From contig NC_086109.1 of assembly GCF_963921235.1 (NCBI RefSeq), positions 35,590,001-35,654,000 on the forward strand: a stretch of 64,000 nt of DNA, read 5' to 3'. Position 1 is the first letter of the stretch; every line of letters starts with the position of its first letter. Under the pieces are notes generated by a model. It was not told where the DNA came from. It worked only from the letters and a program-made list of their open reading frames with translations, and made no database searches. Origin of the DNA: Mobula hypostoma. Taxonomy: Eukaryota. The position numbers were made by a program, and so were the translations under genes. This document shows, one piece after another, positions 1-12,617 of this stretch.

Positions 1-1519
1 ACAAAGGCAATTTGTTCCCAAGACAGCTGAAGAGAATAGAAGTTTGAAAAATAATTGTGTCCTGAACAGTCAAGTCAAGAAACACATCTCAGTATAAAGG
101 AAAAGATATTTTTATAAAAATGAGCAGGAAGAGCTGGATGACAGATAATTGCATTACAATCACCAAAGAGGTTCTAAGCACTAGTGAGAAAAAGTGGAGC
201 TGATTTGCAACAGTGTGAAAGAGACCCTTTACATCTTGTGCTTAAAACAGGATTGGGGAATGTTCTTATGCATGCTCCAATTGCTTGCTTGTCAGTTTAT
301 CTGCTGGCTTTTAATAAGACAGTTTCTTAGTCAACATTGTGCCTATTTAACTGCCTCAGAAAACCAATCTTCCCTTGCTTAATATAAACCAATGAGGACA
401 GCATTTAATTTCTGACTGCTTTGTTCTTGTTCCCTTTTCCACACTAAACCAGATTCTAGGAGCTCCCATCAGCTAATTTCAATTAGCACGTGTGAGTGGG
501 ATAGACTGGAGCAGTTGAAAATGCATTTGGTATCTAATCATTTCTTTATTGTAAAACTTGACAACCATTGCAATGTATTTAATAGACTGCTGAACTTCTG
601 TTACACTAAGTTTGAATGTATTATTTTAAAGTTGAATTTCAATATATCTAGAATTATTATGAAGTTTGTTTATATAATTATTTTTATTGTCAGTAAACAG
701 TAACCTTCCTATTTAGAATAATTTTCACTAATACAAAAAGTTTGACTGCATTTGTCCCATTCATTCAGCCTGTAGATTAAATAACCAAGAATGGAATATC
801 TACTCCCAGTTATTCATATGGTTTCAAAAATCTTGTCATAAATACACAGAAGTTAAATTAATATCATTGGCATTGAAATTTCTTTCAGATTACAATTGCT
901 TAGAAACTAAATTGTATGACTCAATATTTTAGTTTTGTGATCCTGAAAATCAAATTTTCATGTGGACTGAAAAGTAGCAGTAAGCTACTTTTGGGCTACT
1001 TTGCATGGCTTTAAAAATCCACTGAGGATTTGCTGGTATGTCCATGACCATTTTGATGTATTTGCAAACCTCAATAGAGCACAAGGCCCAAGGCCATACA
1101 TTGATAGCCCAGAGAATGGGCTAAAGCCCAAAGAATGTTCTGGAATGTTAAAGGATGAAGTGCGGACATGAGAAACGGCAAACTCATTGCCTTGTAGTGT
1201 GGAGAGGAAATTAAGTAATTCAATAGAGTCCTCAGGTCATCAAAGTCTGAATTTGGGGATGAAATTGGTGAGTGAAGGTGGGGAAGAGAAGGACTGAAGT
1301 TAAAGAATAATCCTGCCAGAGTGGTGTCAGTGAAGAGAAATGTTTTTAAAACATGTTTGTTGCCAGAGCTGTTCATAAAAATCTACTTGACAACTCTTCA
1401 AAAGAACATTCCACTGAAATTTTATGCACCTGTGACAGGAATTTTGGTTAGGCTAATTTCCATGACAGAAGATGAGGTGATGGCAGTTTTATTGCACATA
1501 TAAGCAGATGAGACAGTGA

Positions 1520-2090
1520 CTATACTTCATTAGGAGTTTGAAGAGATTTGGTATGTCAACTAATACAATGTGGAGAGCATTCTGACAGGCTGCATCATTG
1601 TCTGGTATTGGGGGGGGGGGGTTAGAGGTGTACTGCACAAGACGGAAAGAAGCTGCAGAAGGTTGTAAATTTAGTCCGCTCCATCTTGGGTACTAGCCTG
1701 CAATGTACCCAGGATATCTCCAGGGAGCGGTGTCCCAGAAAGGCAGCATCCATTCTTAAGGATCTCCAGCACCCAGAGCATGCCCTTTTCCCACTGTTAC
1801 CATCAGGTAGGAGGTACAGAAGCCTGAAGGCACACACTCAGAGATTCAGGAACAGCTTCTTCCCCTCTGCCATCCAATTCCTAAAAGGACATTGAACCCA
1901 TGAACACTACCTCACTTTTAAAATATATATTATTTCTGTTTTTGCACAATTTTATATCTATTCAATATACATATACTGTAATTGATTGATTTATTTATTT
2001 TTCTTCTATATTATGTATTGTATTGAACTGCTGCTGCTAACAATTTTCACGACACATGCCAGTGACAATAAACCTGATTCTGATTCTGAT
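1520..2090 (+). mobile_element. Rex1/Babar-type LINE 3' fragment
   Basis: ORF 1686-1895 encodes the C-terminal motif HPEHALFPLLPSGRRYRSLKAHTQRFRNSFFPSAI; ends aataaacctgattctgattctgat; many sibling copies in the window. Confidence 0.8.
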
Positions 2091-2109
2091 AAAACCCTGA
2101 GACCTAACT

Positions 2110-3555
2110 AAGTGTGGGAAGCCAGGGAAGAATGCTGGTTCCCTGGCAGAGATATTTGGATCATCATTACCAATGGAAGAGGTACTAGAAAGATGGCTAA
2201 TGAGCCCTTATTTAAGAAAGACTGCAAGGACAAGCCAACGAATTATAGGCTGGTGATCCTAACATCAGTGGTGGGAATTCTGAGATACAAGATCGACCTG
2301 CATCTCGAAAGGCAAGCCGGATTATAAATAGTCATCGTGACTTTGTGCATGAAAAATCAAGTCTAGCGATTATGACATGTTTGAAGAGGTGACCAAAAGC
2401 AGGACAGTAGAATTTGTCTACATGGGCTTCAGCAAAGCTTTTCATTAAGACCCTCATGGCAGTCTGGATTGGAAGGTTTGATCCCATTTGATCCAGGATG
2501 AGCTAGACAATTGGATGCAAAATCAGCATGGTGGTAGGTGTGAGATAATGGTAATGGAGGGTTATTTTTCACACTGGAGTTCTGTGATCAGTAATGTGCC
2601 ATAGGGATTGGTGCTAGGTCCACCATTGTTTATCATTTATATGAATAATTTTAGTAAAAATGGAATTGACATGGTTAGTAAGTTTGCAGATGACACCAAT
2701 ATTGTTCAGATTATGGACAGTGAAGGGAGTTACTTAAACTTACTTCAGGATCTAGAACAATTTTGAATGTGGACTTATTAATGGCAGATGGAATTTAACT
2801 CTAAGTGCAAAGTGTTTCATATTTGTTGAGTTAAACTAGGGCAGGATTTACACAGTAAATAGGAGGGTTCTGGAGAATGTTAAAGAACAGAGAGGGCTGG
2901 GGGGTGGGGGAGAAAGTTGGAGGCATGGTGTGCAAGTACATTGTTCTCTGAAAGCTCTGAAAGTGGGGACAGATAAACAGAGTTTAGCATGCTTGCCTCA
3001 TCAGTAAGAACTCTGAGATCAAGAGTTGGTATGTTAATGTACATATGTTTAGGATGTTGGTAACCTCACATTTTAAGTACTGTGTGCCGTTCTAGTTGCC
3101 AATCTGTACAAAGAATGTCATTAATCTGGAGAGAGTGCAGAAAAGATTCACAAGGAGGAGATCAGAGGGCTTGAGTTATAAGGAAAGATGAGACAGGCAG
3201 GGCCTTTAACTCTTAGAATACAGGAGGTTGAGGCCTTATAGAGGTATATAAAATCATGAGGGATTTAAATAGGGGGAATCATCATGATCTTTTTCTCAGA
3301 GTGAGTGAGTCTAGAACTAGCGGACACCGATTTAAGAATGGAGGGGAAAAATTTAAAGGGGACCCAAGGGGCAAGATTTTCACTCAGAAGGTGATGGATA
3401 TGTGGAATAAGGTGCCAGATCAATTGGTGCATGCAGGAACAATTGCACCATTTAAAATGAATTTAGACAGAGAGATATGGACCAAAAACAGGCAATTTGA
3501 TCACCGTAGACAAGTTGGCCAAAGGGGCTATCACTGTGTTGTATGCCTCTATGAT
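2110..3555 (+). mobile_element. Degenerate CR1 LINE ORF2 (RT to 3' end)
   Basis: Peptides PLFKK..NYRLVILTSVVG and SRTSGHRFK..FTQKVMDMWNKVP; aagtttgcagatgacacc (KFADDT) near 2680; many stops and frameshifts. Confidence 0.85.
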
Positions 3556-3904
3556 TGGAAGCCCAACCTAACCCTAAATTCCTGGAAGAGTAAGATTTAA
3601 TCTGGAAATAGTTGATCACATAGCACTAGGAAGAAGAGAATAAAACTCAGCTCCTTGAAGTTCTAGCCAAGTAGTTTATAAGCTTAGCTTTAGTAAGTGC
3701 TAAAGGTACTTTAAAAAAGGAGAAAATTTAGAAATAAGAGATCTATCTAAGGAACAGAATTAACCTGGATTGCCTATTAAAATTTTTGGCACAATTTTAT
3801 GGTTTAAAATTTTGGTACACCTGGTAGGATTGATGTGGTTAAATAACAAGAACTGTCTAGTTCATAGTTTGGGAAACAACACAATTAAACTGTTAAGGGA
3901 CAGA

Positions 3905-4337
3905 CTAGACTGCAGATATTGGAATCTGAAACTACACACAAAAAGTTGAATGAACTCAGCAGGTCAGGGAGCATCTATGCAAGGAAATGGATAGTAGATG
4001 TTTCAGATTAAACCCTTCATCCAGATCAGGGGTCCCCAACCTTTTGCGCACCGCAGACTGGTTTAATATTGACAATATTCTTGTGGACCCCGCGTGCATT
4101 CAAGTTCAACAGTGGGTGTGACAGGGAATGAGGAAAGGTGCAGCTGACTCATATCGGTTCATATTGCCAAATCATATCATTTCCTTGCAGCCCGGTACTG
4201 GTCTGCGGCCCGGTGGTTGGGGACCACTAATCTAGATGAACAGATTAAGAGTCCAGATCTAGGGCTTCATCCCAAAGCATCTAGTGAGCATTTCCCTCTA
4301 TTAGTGCTGCCTGACCACTTGAGTTCTTCAAGCTTTT
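3905..4337. mobile_element. Two old Penelope-like pLTR remnants in inverted orientation, interrupted by a hAT MITE
   Basis: 3905-4026 resembles the minus-strand pLTR end (gaactcagcaggtcagggagcatctatg...acccttcatc); 4250-4337 resembles the plus-strand version (tgctgcctgaccacttgagttcttc). Confidence 0.55.
4027..4229. mobile_element. hAT (Charlie/Buster-type) MITE
   Basis: TIRs caggggtccccaac / gttggggaccacta; 8-bp TSD atccagat (4019-4026) / atctagat (4230-4237) matching the nTCTAGAn preference; both ends shared with the element at 32842-34045. Confidence 0.85.
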
Positions 4338-5564
4338 TATCTGTTAGGCTGATAAGACTCAAAACAAAATTAGCTAATGTAATTGTTAAGCAAATCACAA
4401 TTAATAAAACAATGATTATGATGTTGAGCTTTCAAATATTGTTTATAAAGATTAGAGGTGTACCTTTACTAACTGTAATCATTGATCAGACAAATTTCAG
4501 ATATGTCACAAAATACCCTCTTAGATAGCTGATATAAGAATATATTAAAATTGAGTGCCATTCTACAATTATAATATGTGCCAAATATCACTTAATAAAA
4601 GGTGATACTATTATTTTTAAAGAGTTCAGTCCTAAAATTGATAAAACAAAGAGGAGAGTCACTTGTTCGTCAGTCTGGGAAGAACTATCTGTCGATAAGG
4701 AATTGCAAACGTGTTCGAAGTCTCGAAGTTGTTGCAATAGGTAAAAATTAATGCAGGGAGAACAACAGTGTGAATGCAAGATTGCTGATGTAATTTCAGT
4801 GCTAATTTTATACCCAACAGAAAGAATATTAATTCGAATTCCACATAAAACACTTAACATCTGATATGTTTATGTATATATAAAACTGGAGTCTCATTCA
4901 CACCATTTATGTTGTCATCAGAGCCCAGTAATTATATTGGAGTCATGAAGTTTTTGCTCCCTACCTCTTTTCATGGTATGTGTTAAATTCTAGCTATACT
5001 GAGCAGGCTGACAGCATTGTGTTTAACATGTCTGTTTTGCTAACTTTAAAGTACAGGTTTAATCACAAGTCAGACTGACAGAGGAAAAAACATCACTCAT
5101 AAAGCAATGAAAATCAGTCTTCTACACAAACAGTTCACAGCTATCCATGAAGGTGTAGGGACAGAAGAAAGGGTGGTGGATACCAACAACATCTCATTCA
5201 TGTTGCTCCTTGTATTCACAGTGTTGACAATAAGTGAAATGTCAGAATAGTTGACCTGGCATTAAATACTTTATCAGCAGAGGAAGAGAATGCAAAAGCA
5301 AAAATTAATGATGGAAAAAGAAGTAGATTAATAAAAATGAGAATAATCTCATTACACTAGATATTGTTAGAAAAAGATCAGAATAATCCATTCATTCCAG
5401 ATGATTCATATTCAAGTTAACTTGGTTCTCATAATTTGGAATTAAGTGATTCTATAATAACATAACTTTTGGTGTTAGTTCAGGGGCAAATTGCATAACG
5501 GGTTAAATACCAAGTGAATTCATGTTTAAATTACGTTTTACCAAGTTTTAGAAAATAAAGCATT

Positions 5565-6665
5565 GAAAGTCAAAGTAATATCAAAGTAAAATATATTGCC
5601 AAAGTGCACATATGTTACCATATACTACCTTGAGATTCATTGCCTTGCAGGCTGTCCGTTTCAATGAAATTGTAATAAATAAATCTGTATCTGGAAATAA
5701 AGAAATAAAATAGCATTTTACAAAACAAAAACATTCATAAATAAAAATACTAACAAATAACAAATGTACAGAAGAAGAAAAATTGTATAAACAAAAAAAA
5801 ACTATGAACATGAGTTGAAAAGAGTCCTTGAAAGTGAGTCTGTAGATTATAGAATCAGTTTAGATTCATGGTGAGTGCAGTTATCCATGCTGGTCCTTGT
5901 GGTAGAGCATCTAAATATGCTTAATGGTGGAACAGGTTTTGTCTGTAATGGACTGGGCTGAATCCACCACTTTTGGCTGACTTCCAATCCTGGGTGTTGG
6001 TGTTTCCATATCGGGCCAGAATGTAAGCAGTTAGAATAGATTCCACTGTGTATCTATAGAAGTTTGTCAAAAGTTTTGGTGACATGTCAAGTCTACACAT
6101 ATTTCTAATATGAGTAGCCATGCCTTCTTTTTGATGGCACTTATGTCCCAAGACAGATCCTCTGATATGATAATGTCAAGGAATTTCAAGTTACTGATCC
6201 TCTCCACCTCTGGTTCCCGAATGAAAAGCTGGATCTCCAGCTTCTTCCTCCTGCAGTTGATAAGCAGTTTTTTGCTTTGCTGACATTGAGTGAGAGATTG
6301 TTGCTGTGGCATCATTCAACTATATTTTCAATCTCCCTCCTTTATGCCAATTCATCACGACCTTTCATTCGGCCAACATTAATGGAGTCATCAGCAAACT
6401 TAAATACGGCATTGAAGCTATACCTGTCCGCACAATCATATGTATAACGTGAGTAAAACAGGGGGCTAAGCAGACAGATAATGGGGGGTATGGAGGAGAT
6501 GTTGCCAATCCATACAGACTGGGACCTTCAAGTGAGGAAATTGAGGTTCTATTTTCACAGAGTTTTTGAGGCTCAGATTTTCAAACAGTGAGGAGCTTTG
6601 AAGGGAGGATAGTGCTGAACATTGAGCTGTATGTATGCTGTATCCTGATCTATGCACCTCCATTG
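5565..6665 (-). mobile_element. Rex1/Babar-type LINE, decayed 3' portion
   Basis: Peptides LTNFYRYTVESILTAYILARYGN and SKKLLINCRRKK..NLKFLDIIISEDLSW; (actttg)-type tail at the left end. Confidence 0.75.
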
Positions 6666-6784
6666 TCTAGTCCATCTCCACTTACTAACACCACTCCTAC
6701 CCCCAATTCACCCCATCCTTACTTGATTGCTCATGGACCTTTCCGTCTTATCAACTGGGACAGAGGGGACCACTGTCCTGCAGT

Positions 6785-7010
6785 CAATCAATCAGAAGGT
6801 TTAGTTTTAAATCCAATTCTAGTGACTTAGGCACAAAACCCCAAGTTGATCCTCCAATGCAGTATTAGGGCAAAAGTTCACTGCTGAATGTGTGATACTT
6901 TGAATTAATGAAAGCCTAGTTAATGAATTTGTTTGGATAGAAGTGATTCCTCAGCATTATTTTTAAAAACAACCAGGCTCATTGTGATTTGGTTTTCTGA
7001 TGGCTAGTAT
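6785..7010 (+). mobile_element. Ancient DeuSINE-like (SacSINE1/AmnSINE1-related) remnant
   Basis: tcagaaggtt...gtgacttaggcacaaaaccccaagttgatcctccaatgcagtattaggg resembles the Deu-domain SINE body as recalled; heavily diverged. Confidence 0.4.
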
Positions 7011-7062
7011 TTTTTTTTGCTAACCAAGTCACTTGAAAGAAATTTCAACCCTGCTGATATAA

Positions 7063-7923
7063 GAGGGCGTACAGGAGTGAGATATACCAACTAGTGGAAT
7101 TGCGCCGCAGCAACAACCTGGCACTCAACATCAGTAAGACAAAAGAGCTGATAGTGGACATCAGGAAGGGTAAGACGAAGGAATACATACCAATTAGAGG
7201 GATCAGAAGTGGAGAGAGTGAGCAGCTTCAAGTTCCTGGGAGTCAAGATCTCTTAGGATCTAACCTGGTCCCAACACATTGATGTAGTCATAAAGAAGGC
7301 AAGACAGCGGCTATACTTTATTAGGGGTTTGAAGTGATTTGGTATGTCAACAAATATACTCAAAAGCTTCTATAGTTGTACCGTGGAGAGTATTCTGACA
7401 GGCTGCCTCACTGTCTGGTATGGAGGCGGTTCTGCACAGGACCGAAAGAAGCTGCAGAAGGTTGTAAATCTAGTCAGCTCCATCTTGGGCACTCGCCAAC
7501 AAAGTACCCAGGACATCTTTAGGGAGCAGTGTCTCAGAAAGTCAGCATCCATTATTGAAGACCTCCAGCACCCAGGGCATGCCCTTTTCTCACTGTTACC
7601 ATCAGGTAGAAGATACAGAAGCCTGAAGACACACACTCAGCGATTCAGAAACAGCTTCTTCCCTTCTGCCATCTGATTCCTGAATGGACTTTGAAGCTTT
7701 GGACACTACATCGCTTTTTTTTAAATATACAGTATTTCTGTTTTTGCACATTTTTAAATAATCTATTCAATATATGTAATTGATTTAATTGTTTATTTAT
7801 TATTATGTTTTATTTTATTTATTTATTTTTCTCTCTCTGCTAGAATATGTATTGCATTGACCTACTGCTGCTAAGTTAACAAATTTCACATCACATGCCG
7901 GTGATAATAAACCTGATTCTGAT
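7063..7923 (+). mobile_element. Rex1/Babar-type LINE 3' fragment
   Basis: ORFs NNLALNISKTKELIVDIRK and FYSCTVESILTGCLTVWYG...LLPSGRRYRSLKTHTQRFRNSFFPSAI; tail aataaacctgattctgat. Confidence 0.85.
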
Positions 7924-7933
7924 AACCAAATTT

Positions 7934-8493
7934 GCAGTCAGTGGCTACTTTATTAGTTAACTCCTGCAGCTAATAAAGTCACCACTGAGTGTACGTGTCT
8001 GGTCTTCCACTACTGTATCCCATCCACTTCAAAGTTCAATGTGTTGTGCGTTCAAAGATGCTTTTCTGCACACCACTGCTATAATGCCTGGTTATTTGAG
8101 TTACTATCGCCTTCTTGTCAGTTTGAACCAGTCTGCCAGTCTCCTCTGATCTCTCATTAACAAGTCATTTTCATTCACAGAACTGCTGCTCACTGGACTT
8201 TATTTTGCACTATTCTCTGTAAAGTCTAGAGGTTATTGTGCAGCAAAATCCCAGGAGATCAGCAACTTCTGAGGTACTCAAACCACTCCATCTGGCATCA
8301 ACAATCATTCACCGTCAAAGTCACTAGAAGATATTTCTTCCAACTCTAATACTTGTATTGAACAACAACTGAACCACTTGACCATGTCTGCATATTTTTA
8401 TACATTAAATTGTTGCCACATGATTGACTGATTAAATAGTTGCTTTATCAAGCAGGTCAATAGGTGTACCTCAAAAAAATGACCACTGAGTGT
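7934..8493. mobile_element. Non-autonomous Tc1/mariner-like DNA element
   Basis: Left end cagtcagtggctacttttattag and right end ggtgtacct...tgaccactgagtg-ta are degenerate inverted repeats; a second right-end copy taataaagtcaccactgagtgta at ~7971-7993; interior resembles fish Tc1 transposase remnants. Confidence 0.6.
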
Positions 8494-8531
8494 ATTCTAG
8501 ATTAGAACTTATAGTGTGGAAATAGTCCAAT

Positions 8532-9072
8532 CACAAACAAGAGAAAATTTGTAGATGCTGCAAATCCAAGCTACACACACAAAATGCTAGAGGAACTCAG
8601 TAGGCCAGGCAGCATCCATGGAAAAAATTACAGTCGATGTTTTGGGCCAAGACCCTTCAACAGGACTGGAGAAAAAAAGATGAGGAGTTAGATTTAGAAA
8701 GTGAGGGAAAAGGAGGAAGAAGCACAAGGTGATCGGTGAAACTGGGAGGTAGGAGAGGGGAGAAGCCAAGAGCTAGGAAGTTGATTGGTGAAAGAGATAC
8801 AGGGCTGGAGAAGTGAAAATCTGAAAGGAGAGGACAGAAGGCCATGGAAGAAAGAAAATGGGGAGGAGCACCAGAGGGAGGTGATGGGCAGTAAGGAGAG
8901 GGAAATGGGAATGGGGAATGGTGAAGGAAAGCGGAAGGGGCAATACTAGAAGTTTGAGAAATTGATGTTTATGCCATCAGGTTGGAGGCACCCAGTCGGA
9001 ATATAAGGTATTGCTAATATTGCTACTTCAGCCTTGAGTGTGGCCTGATCGCGACAGTAGAGGAAGCCATGG
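8532..9072 (-). mobile_element. Older Penelope-like element 3' fragment (GIY-YIG C-terminus + pLTR with decayed hammerhead)
   Basis: Peptide HGFLYCRDQATLKAE...LQPDGININFSNF matches the C-terminus of ORF 27880-29541; hammerhead relic at 8632-8667. Confidence 0.85.
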
Positions 9073-9334
9073 AATGTTTTGTTTTGCATTAGCACTGAGA
9101 GTGGGATACTTTGGGTATCTTCAGAAGTTGTCAAAGTTTCTACATAAATGCAAGTGCTTCTTTACAATATTGATTTCAATGGACAAAGGCAATTAGTTGT
9201 GCAGACCATCTGCCTGGGAATTTCCATAGAAGGCTAGTCAACAGTAATGACTTTTAATTAATGAGTTTCATCTAACAATTGTACCTACTGAAACTGCAGA
9301 GATGGTTGTTGGACTGGATCAGGTCATTTGCAAT

Positions 9335-9850
9335 GAAACGGGAAATACTGAAATGACTCAGCAGGTCGAACAGCATTTGGGGAGAGAGGGGAACAGAGTT
9401 AGTGTGCTTCAATCAGAATTGGAAAAGTGTAAAAAGAAAGCTGCAGAATGGGGAAGGAAAGGAAAGAATAGAGGAAATGTCTGTAGGATGGAGACCAAAG
9501 ATATAAGCTGATGCAGCATTGTCAGAATTTTCTAGTTAGAGAGAGAATCCAAAACAATAGAACATGTTGGAACTATGGAAGGCAGGTCAGCAGACACTGA
9601 ATGTATTTAATACAAAGGAGTAAAAGAAAATCAGAAAAAGCTGTTCCTGAACTTGGTAGATTCAGCACTGAGTTCCAAGGATTTCACTGTGTCCTGAGAG
9701 AACTTGAGTTACTATTCCTTGAGATGACGTTGGATTTTATTTGAACAATGTAGGAAGCTAAGGGAGGTTAAAATGGGAATAGAAAGAATTGAAGTAACAG
9801 GTGACTAAAAGTCAAGGTCACCCTTGAAGACTGAACGGAGACTGAAAAAG
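9335..9850 (-). mobile_element. Highly decayed Penelope-like 3' fragment
   Basis: gaaatgactcagcaggtcgaacagcatttgggg pLTR-like segment, then a GA-rich tract and a segment resembling the endonuclease end. Confidence 0.35.
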
Positions 9851-10599
9851 AACTCCTGATATTTTTGTATCTAGAAAATAACTCAACCTTGCCTCTTATG
9901 GTTATCCTGACAAATTAAATGGAGAACTCGCATAGACCACCTTGTAATGCATTATAATGCCTTAGGGATTCAATGTAAACCTCATGTTCTGAATGAGCAT
10001 GTTTTAATGGAGGTCATGGTTGAATCAAGTAGCAAAATGACATCTAAAAATGAACCTGAGCAAGACATACTGCAAAATTAGAAAGGAACCTCACACATTA
10101 TACAGACATTTCCTCAATTCTTTCCTTTCCTTCCCAAAATGTCAACTGTTTATTTTTTTCCATAGAAACTTCCTGACCTGCTGAGTTCCTCCAGCATTTG
10201 CAGATTTTCTCATGTTAATATTTCACCTTGGTTTTATCTCCTATCCCCAACTGATTTCTACTGAGAGGAAAGAACTACTCTTCCTCCATCTAGATTTTTA
10301 TTACCTTCAATTGTCACACAGCACAAATGTTTGAGGTTAATAAAGCTTGACTGATTGGTTAATAAATGTTTTATCTTAAGCTTAGGAGAGTGCAGGGAAT
10401 CTTAAATCAATGAATCTGCTTTACATGTAGATTTCATCATTCTAGTTTTGAACTCCATCGAATCAGGGTCATATAATCATCCAGGATGTGTGCAGGTCCT
10501 TAGGCTCATCAACTCAGTACTGAACATCAAACAATATTTGCATGAATCCTACATCGTTCACATATTATTCTCCCGACATTCCCAAATATTCCCAAAGTT

Positions 10600-10730
10600 T
10601 GTATCAAGTGCCTACATACTAGGGAAAATATGGAATGGAAAATTAACTATGAGTCTGCACATCTTTGAGATCTGGGAAGAAACTGGAACACCCAGTAACA
10701 TGGAGAATGTCCATCTTCACAGACAGAATT
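10600..10730 (-). mobile_element. V-SINE/HE1-like SINE remnant
   Basis: catctttgagatctgggaagaaactggaacaccc...catggagaatgtccatcttcacagacag resembles the reverse complement of the V-SINE central domain. Confidence 0.45.
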
Positions 10731-11384
10731 TTTAAGCACTTATTTCATTCTTCCTTTATTTCTGTGGGAAATGTCTCCCGAAAGATCTTACTATGCTTAA
10801 GATTGCATCGAAACAAGGGTTAGAAAAGCATTGCCTTTATATGCTGAAGAAGTAGCCATTATCAACACATGTGGTACCTGTATTGGTGATCCAAGATGCC
10901 TACAGACTAAAACATAGAATTCCTTTAAATATTCACTCAGTGTTGCTCATACATTTCCATACTGTTCGGGATAGCCAATCTTATTCCATAGGGCAAAGCT
11001 AAAATTTAAATAGTACCTTTCTGTCAGGATGATAATAGCTTTTTGATGTTTTCCGACATGATCTGATAAATGTTACTGCCTGTAAGCAGTAGTAGATAAA
11101 ATGTGATCATTTCTATGTGTTGCAGTTGACAAAGCACCATTCATTCTAAAACATGGCAGAACCCAATTCATTAAAGGCTGTACAGGACGCAGCACAAATA
11201 AAATCAGATGGATTTTCCTGCATTAAAATGTACATTCAAATATTTGAAATGTTATTAGTCAGGAATGACAAGGTGTTAGATTTGTGTGTGTGTTTTGGCT
11301 TGCAGTTGTAGTTCACTGTCTATATTCCTTATGCACAGCAGTACCAGAATGTATCCTTTACCAGATCTAAGGGATTACCTGTTA

Positions 11385-11775
11385 GGTAATGTTCATGGGT
11401 TCAATGTCCATTTAGGAATCAGATAGCAGAGAGGAAGAAGCTGTTCCTGAATTGCTGAGTGTGTACATTCAGGCTTCTGTACCTCCTTCCTGACAGTAAC
11501 AACAAGGAGAGGGCATGTCCTGGCTAATAGGAGTCCTTAATGATGGATGATGCTTTTCTGAGACACTGCTCCTTGAAGATGGCTTGGATACTGTGGGAAC
11601 TGGTACCCATGATGGAGCTAACTAATTTTACAACTTTCAGTTTTGTGCAGTAGCAACCTTCCTCCCTCATACCAAACAGTGATGCAGCCTGTATGAATGC
11701 TGTCCACGGTAATCTATAGAGGTTTTCAAGTATCTTAGATGACAGACCAAGTCTCCTCAAACTCCAGTTGAAATA
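11385..11775 (-). mobile_element. Rex1/Babar-type LINE fragment
   Basis: Peptide KVVKLVSSIMGTSSHSIQAIFKEQCLRKASSIIKD; reverse complement of the family at 7063-7923. Confidence 0.8.
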
Positions 11776-11777
11776 TA

Positions 11778-12036
11778 GGACAGGAAGCAGAGCTGGGCCG
11801 AGAAGTGGCAGATGGTGTTCAACTAGAAAAAGTGTCAAGTGTTTATGGCAGGAAACTTAACAAAGGTTTCTTATGGTCCACATCCATAGATCCCTCAAAT
11901 TGTGATGCAAGCTGATAGGGTTGCTAAGAAGGTGTATAGTGTGTTGGCCTTCATTAATCAAAGGACTGAATTCAATGAACATAATGTAACAGATCTATTA
12001 AACCCCGCTTAGACCACATTTGAAATATTGTGCTCA
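11778..12036 (+). mobile_element. CR1 ORF2 fragment
   Basis: gctgggccgagaagtggcagatggtgttcaac (WAEKWQM.FN) and agaccacatttgaaatattgtgctca (RPHLKYCAQ-like); truncated at 12036. Confidence 0.7.
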
Positions 12037-12617
12037 TGTCACAATGTGGTGCTGGGAATGGACCCAAATGCAAGACACAGACACTAAAGTACAAGGAACA
12101 GGACTTGACTAGAGTAGGGACGTGACAGGATGCAGACAAGGAGCAGGGACAAGTACGCAGACTCGGGCTAGGACCCCGAGCCAGAGACCGGACAAGGACC
12201 CAGAACTTGGGTCTTGCCTCAGGCTTGGGCCCCAGAACCTGGCATGGACATGACATGATTGCAGGACTGGAGGCTGGGGTCTTGAGGCTTGAGGCTTGAG
12301 GTTTGAGCTTGGAGACAGGCTGGGGTCTTGGTCTTGAGGCTTGGAGACAGGCTGGGGTCTTGGTCTTGAGGTTTGGAGACAGGCTGGGGTCTTGGGTCTT
12401 GAGGGTTGAGCTTGGAGACAGGCTGGGGTCTTGGGTCTTGAGGCCTGCGGGCTGGGGTCTTGGGTCTTGGGTCTAGGGTACTTCAAGGCTTGAGTCTTTG
12501 GTCTAGGGTACTTCAAGGCTTGGGTATGGACTCTGAGCCAGAGACTGGGCAAGGACCCAGAACCTGGGACTTGACTCAGGCTCAGACTCCAGAACTAGGC
12601 GAGGACAAGACAAGACT
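12037..12617. mobile_element. LTR-like fragment starting TGTCAC, with internal minisatellite
   Basis: Abrupt junction with CR1 at tgtcacaatg; ~60-bp direct duplication (12171-12225 vs 12528-12583) flanks tandem units. Confidence 0.45.
12270..12523. repeat. Compound minisatellite (ggcttggagacaggctggggtcttggtcttga)n plus two copies of ggtctagggtacttcaaggcttg
   Basis: Directly visible tandem units of ~30-40 bp. Confidence 0.9.

Noticed and set aside
1071..1376. 101-aa ORF
   Set aside because: No recognisable domain; probably chance or a very old repeat.
12270..12523. CRISPR-like array or Pro/Gln-rich protein (ORF 12109-12552)
   Set aside because: Tandem degenerate units with no unique spacers; the ORF is a by-product of the minisatellite.
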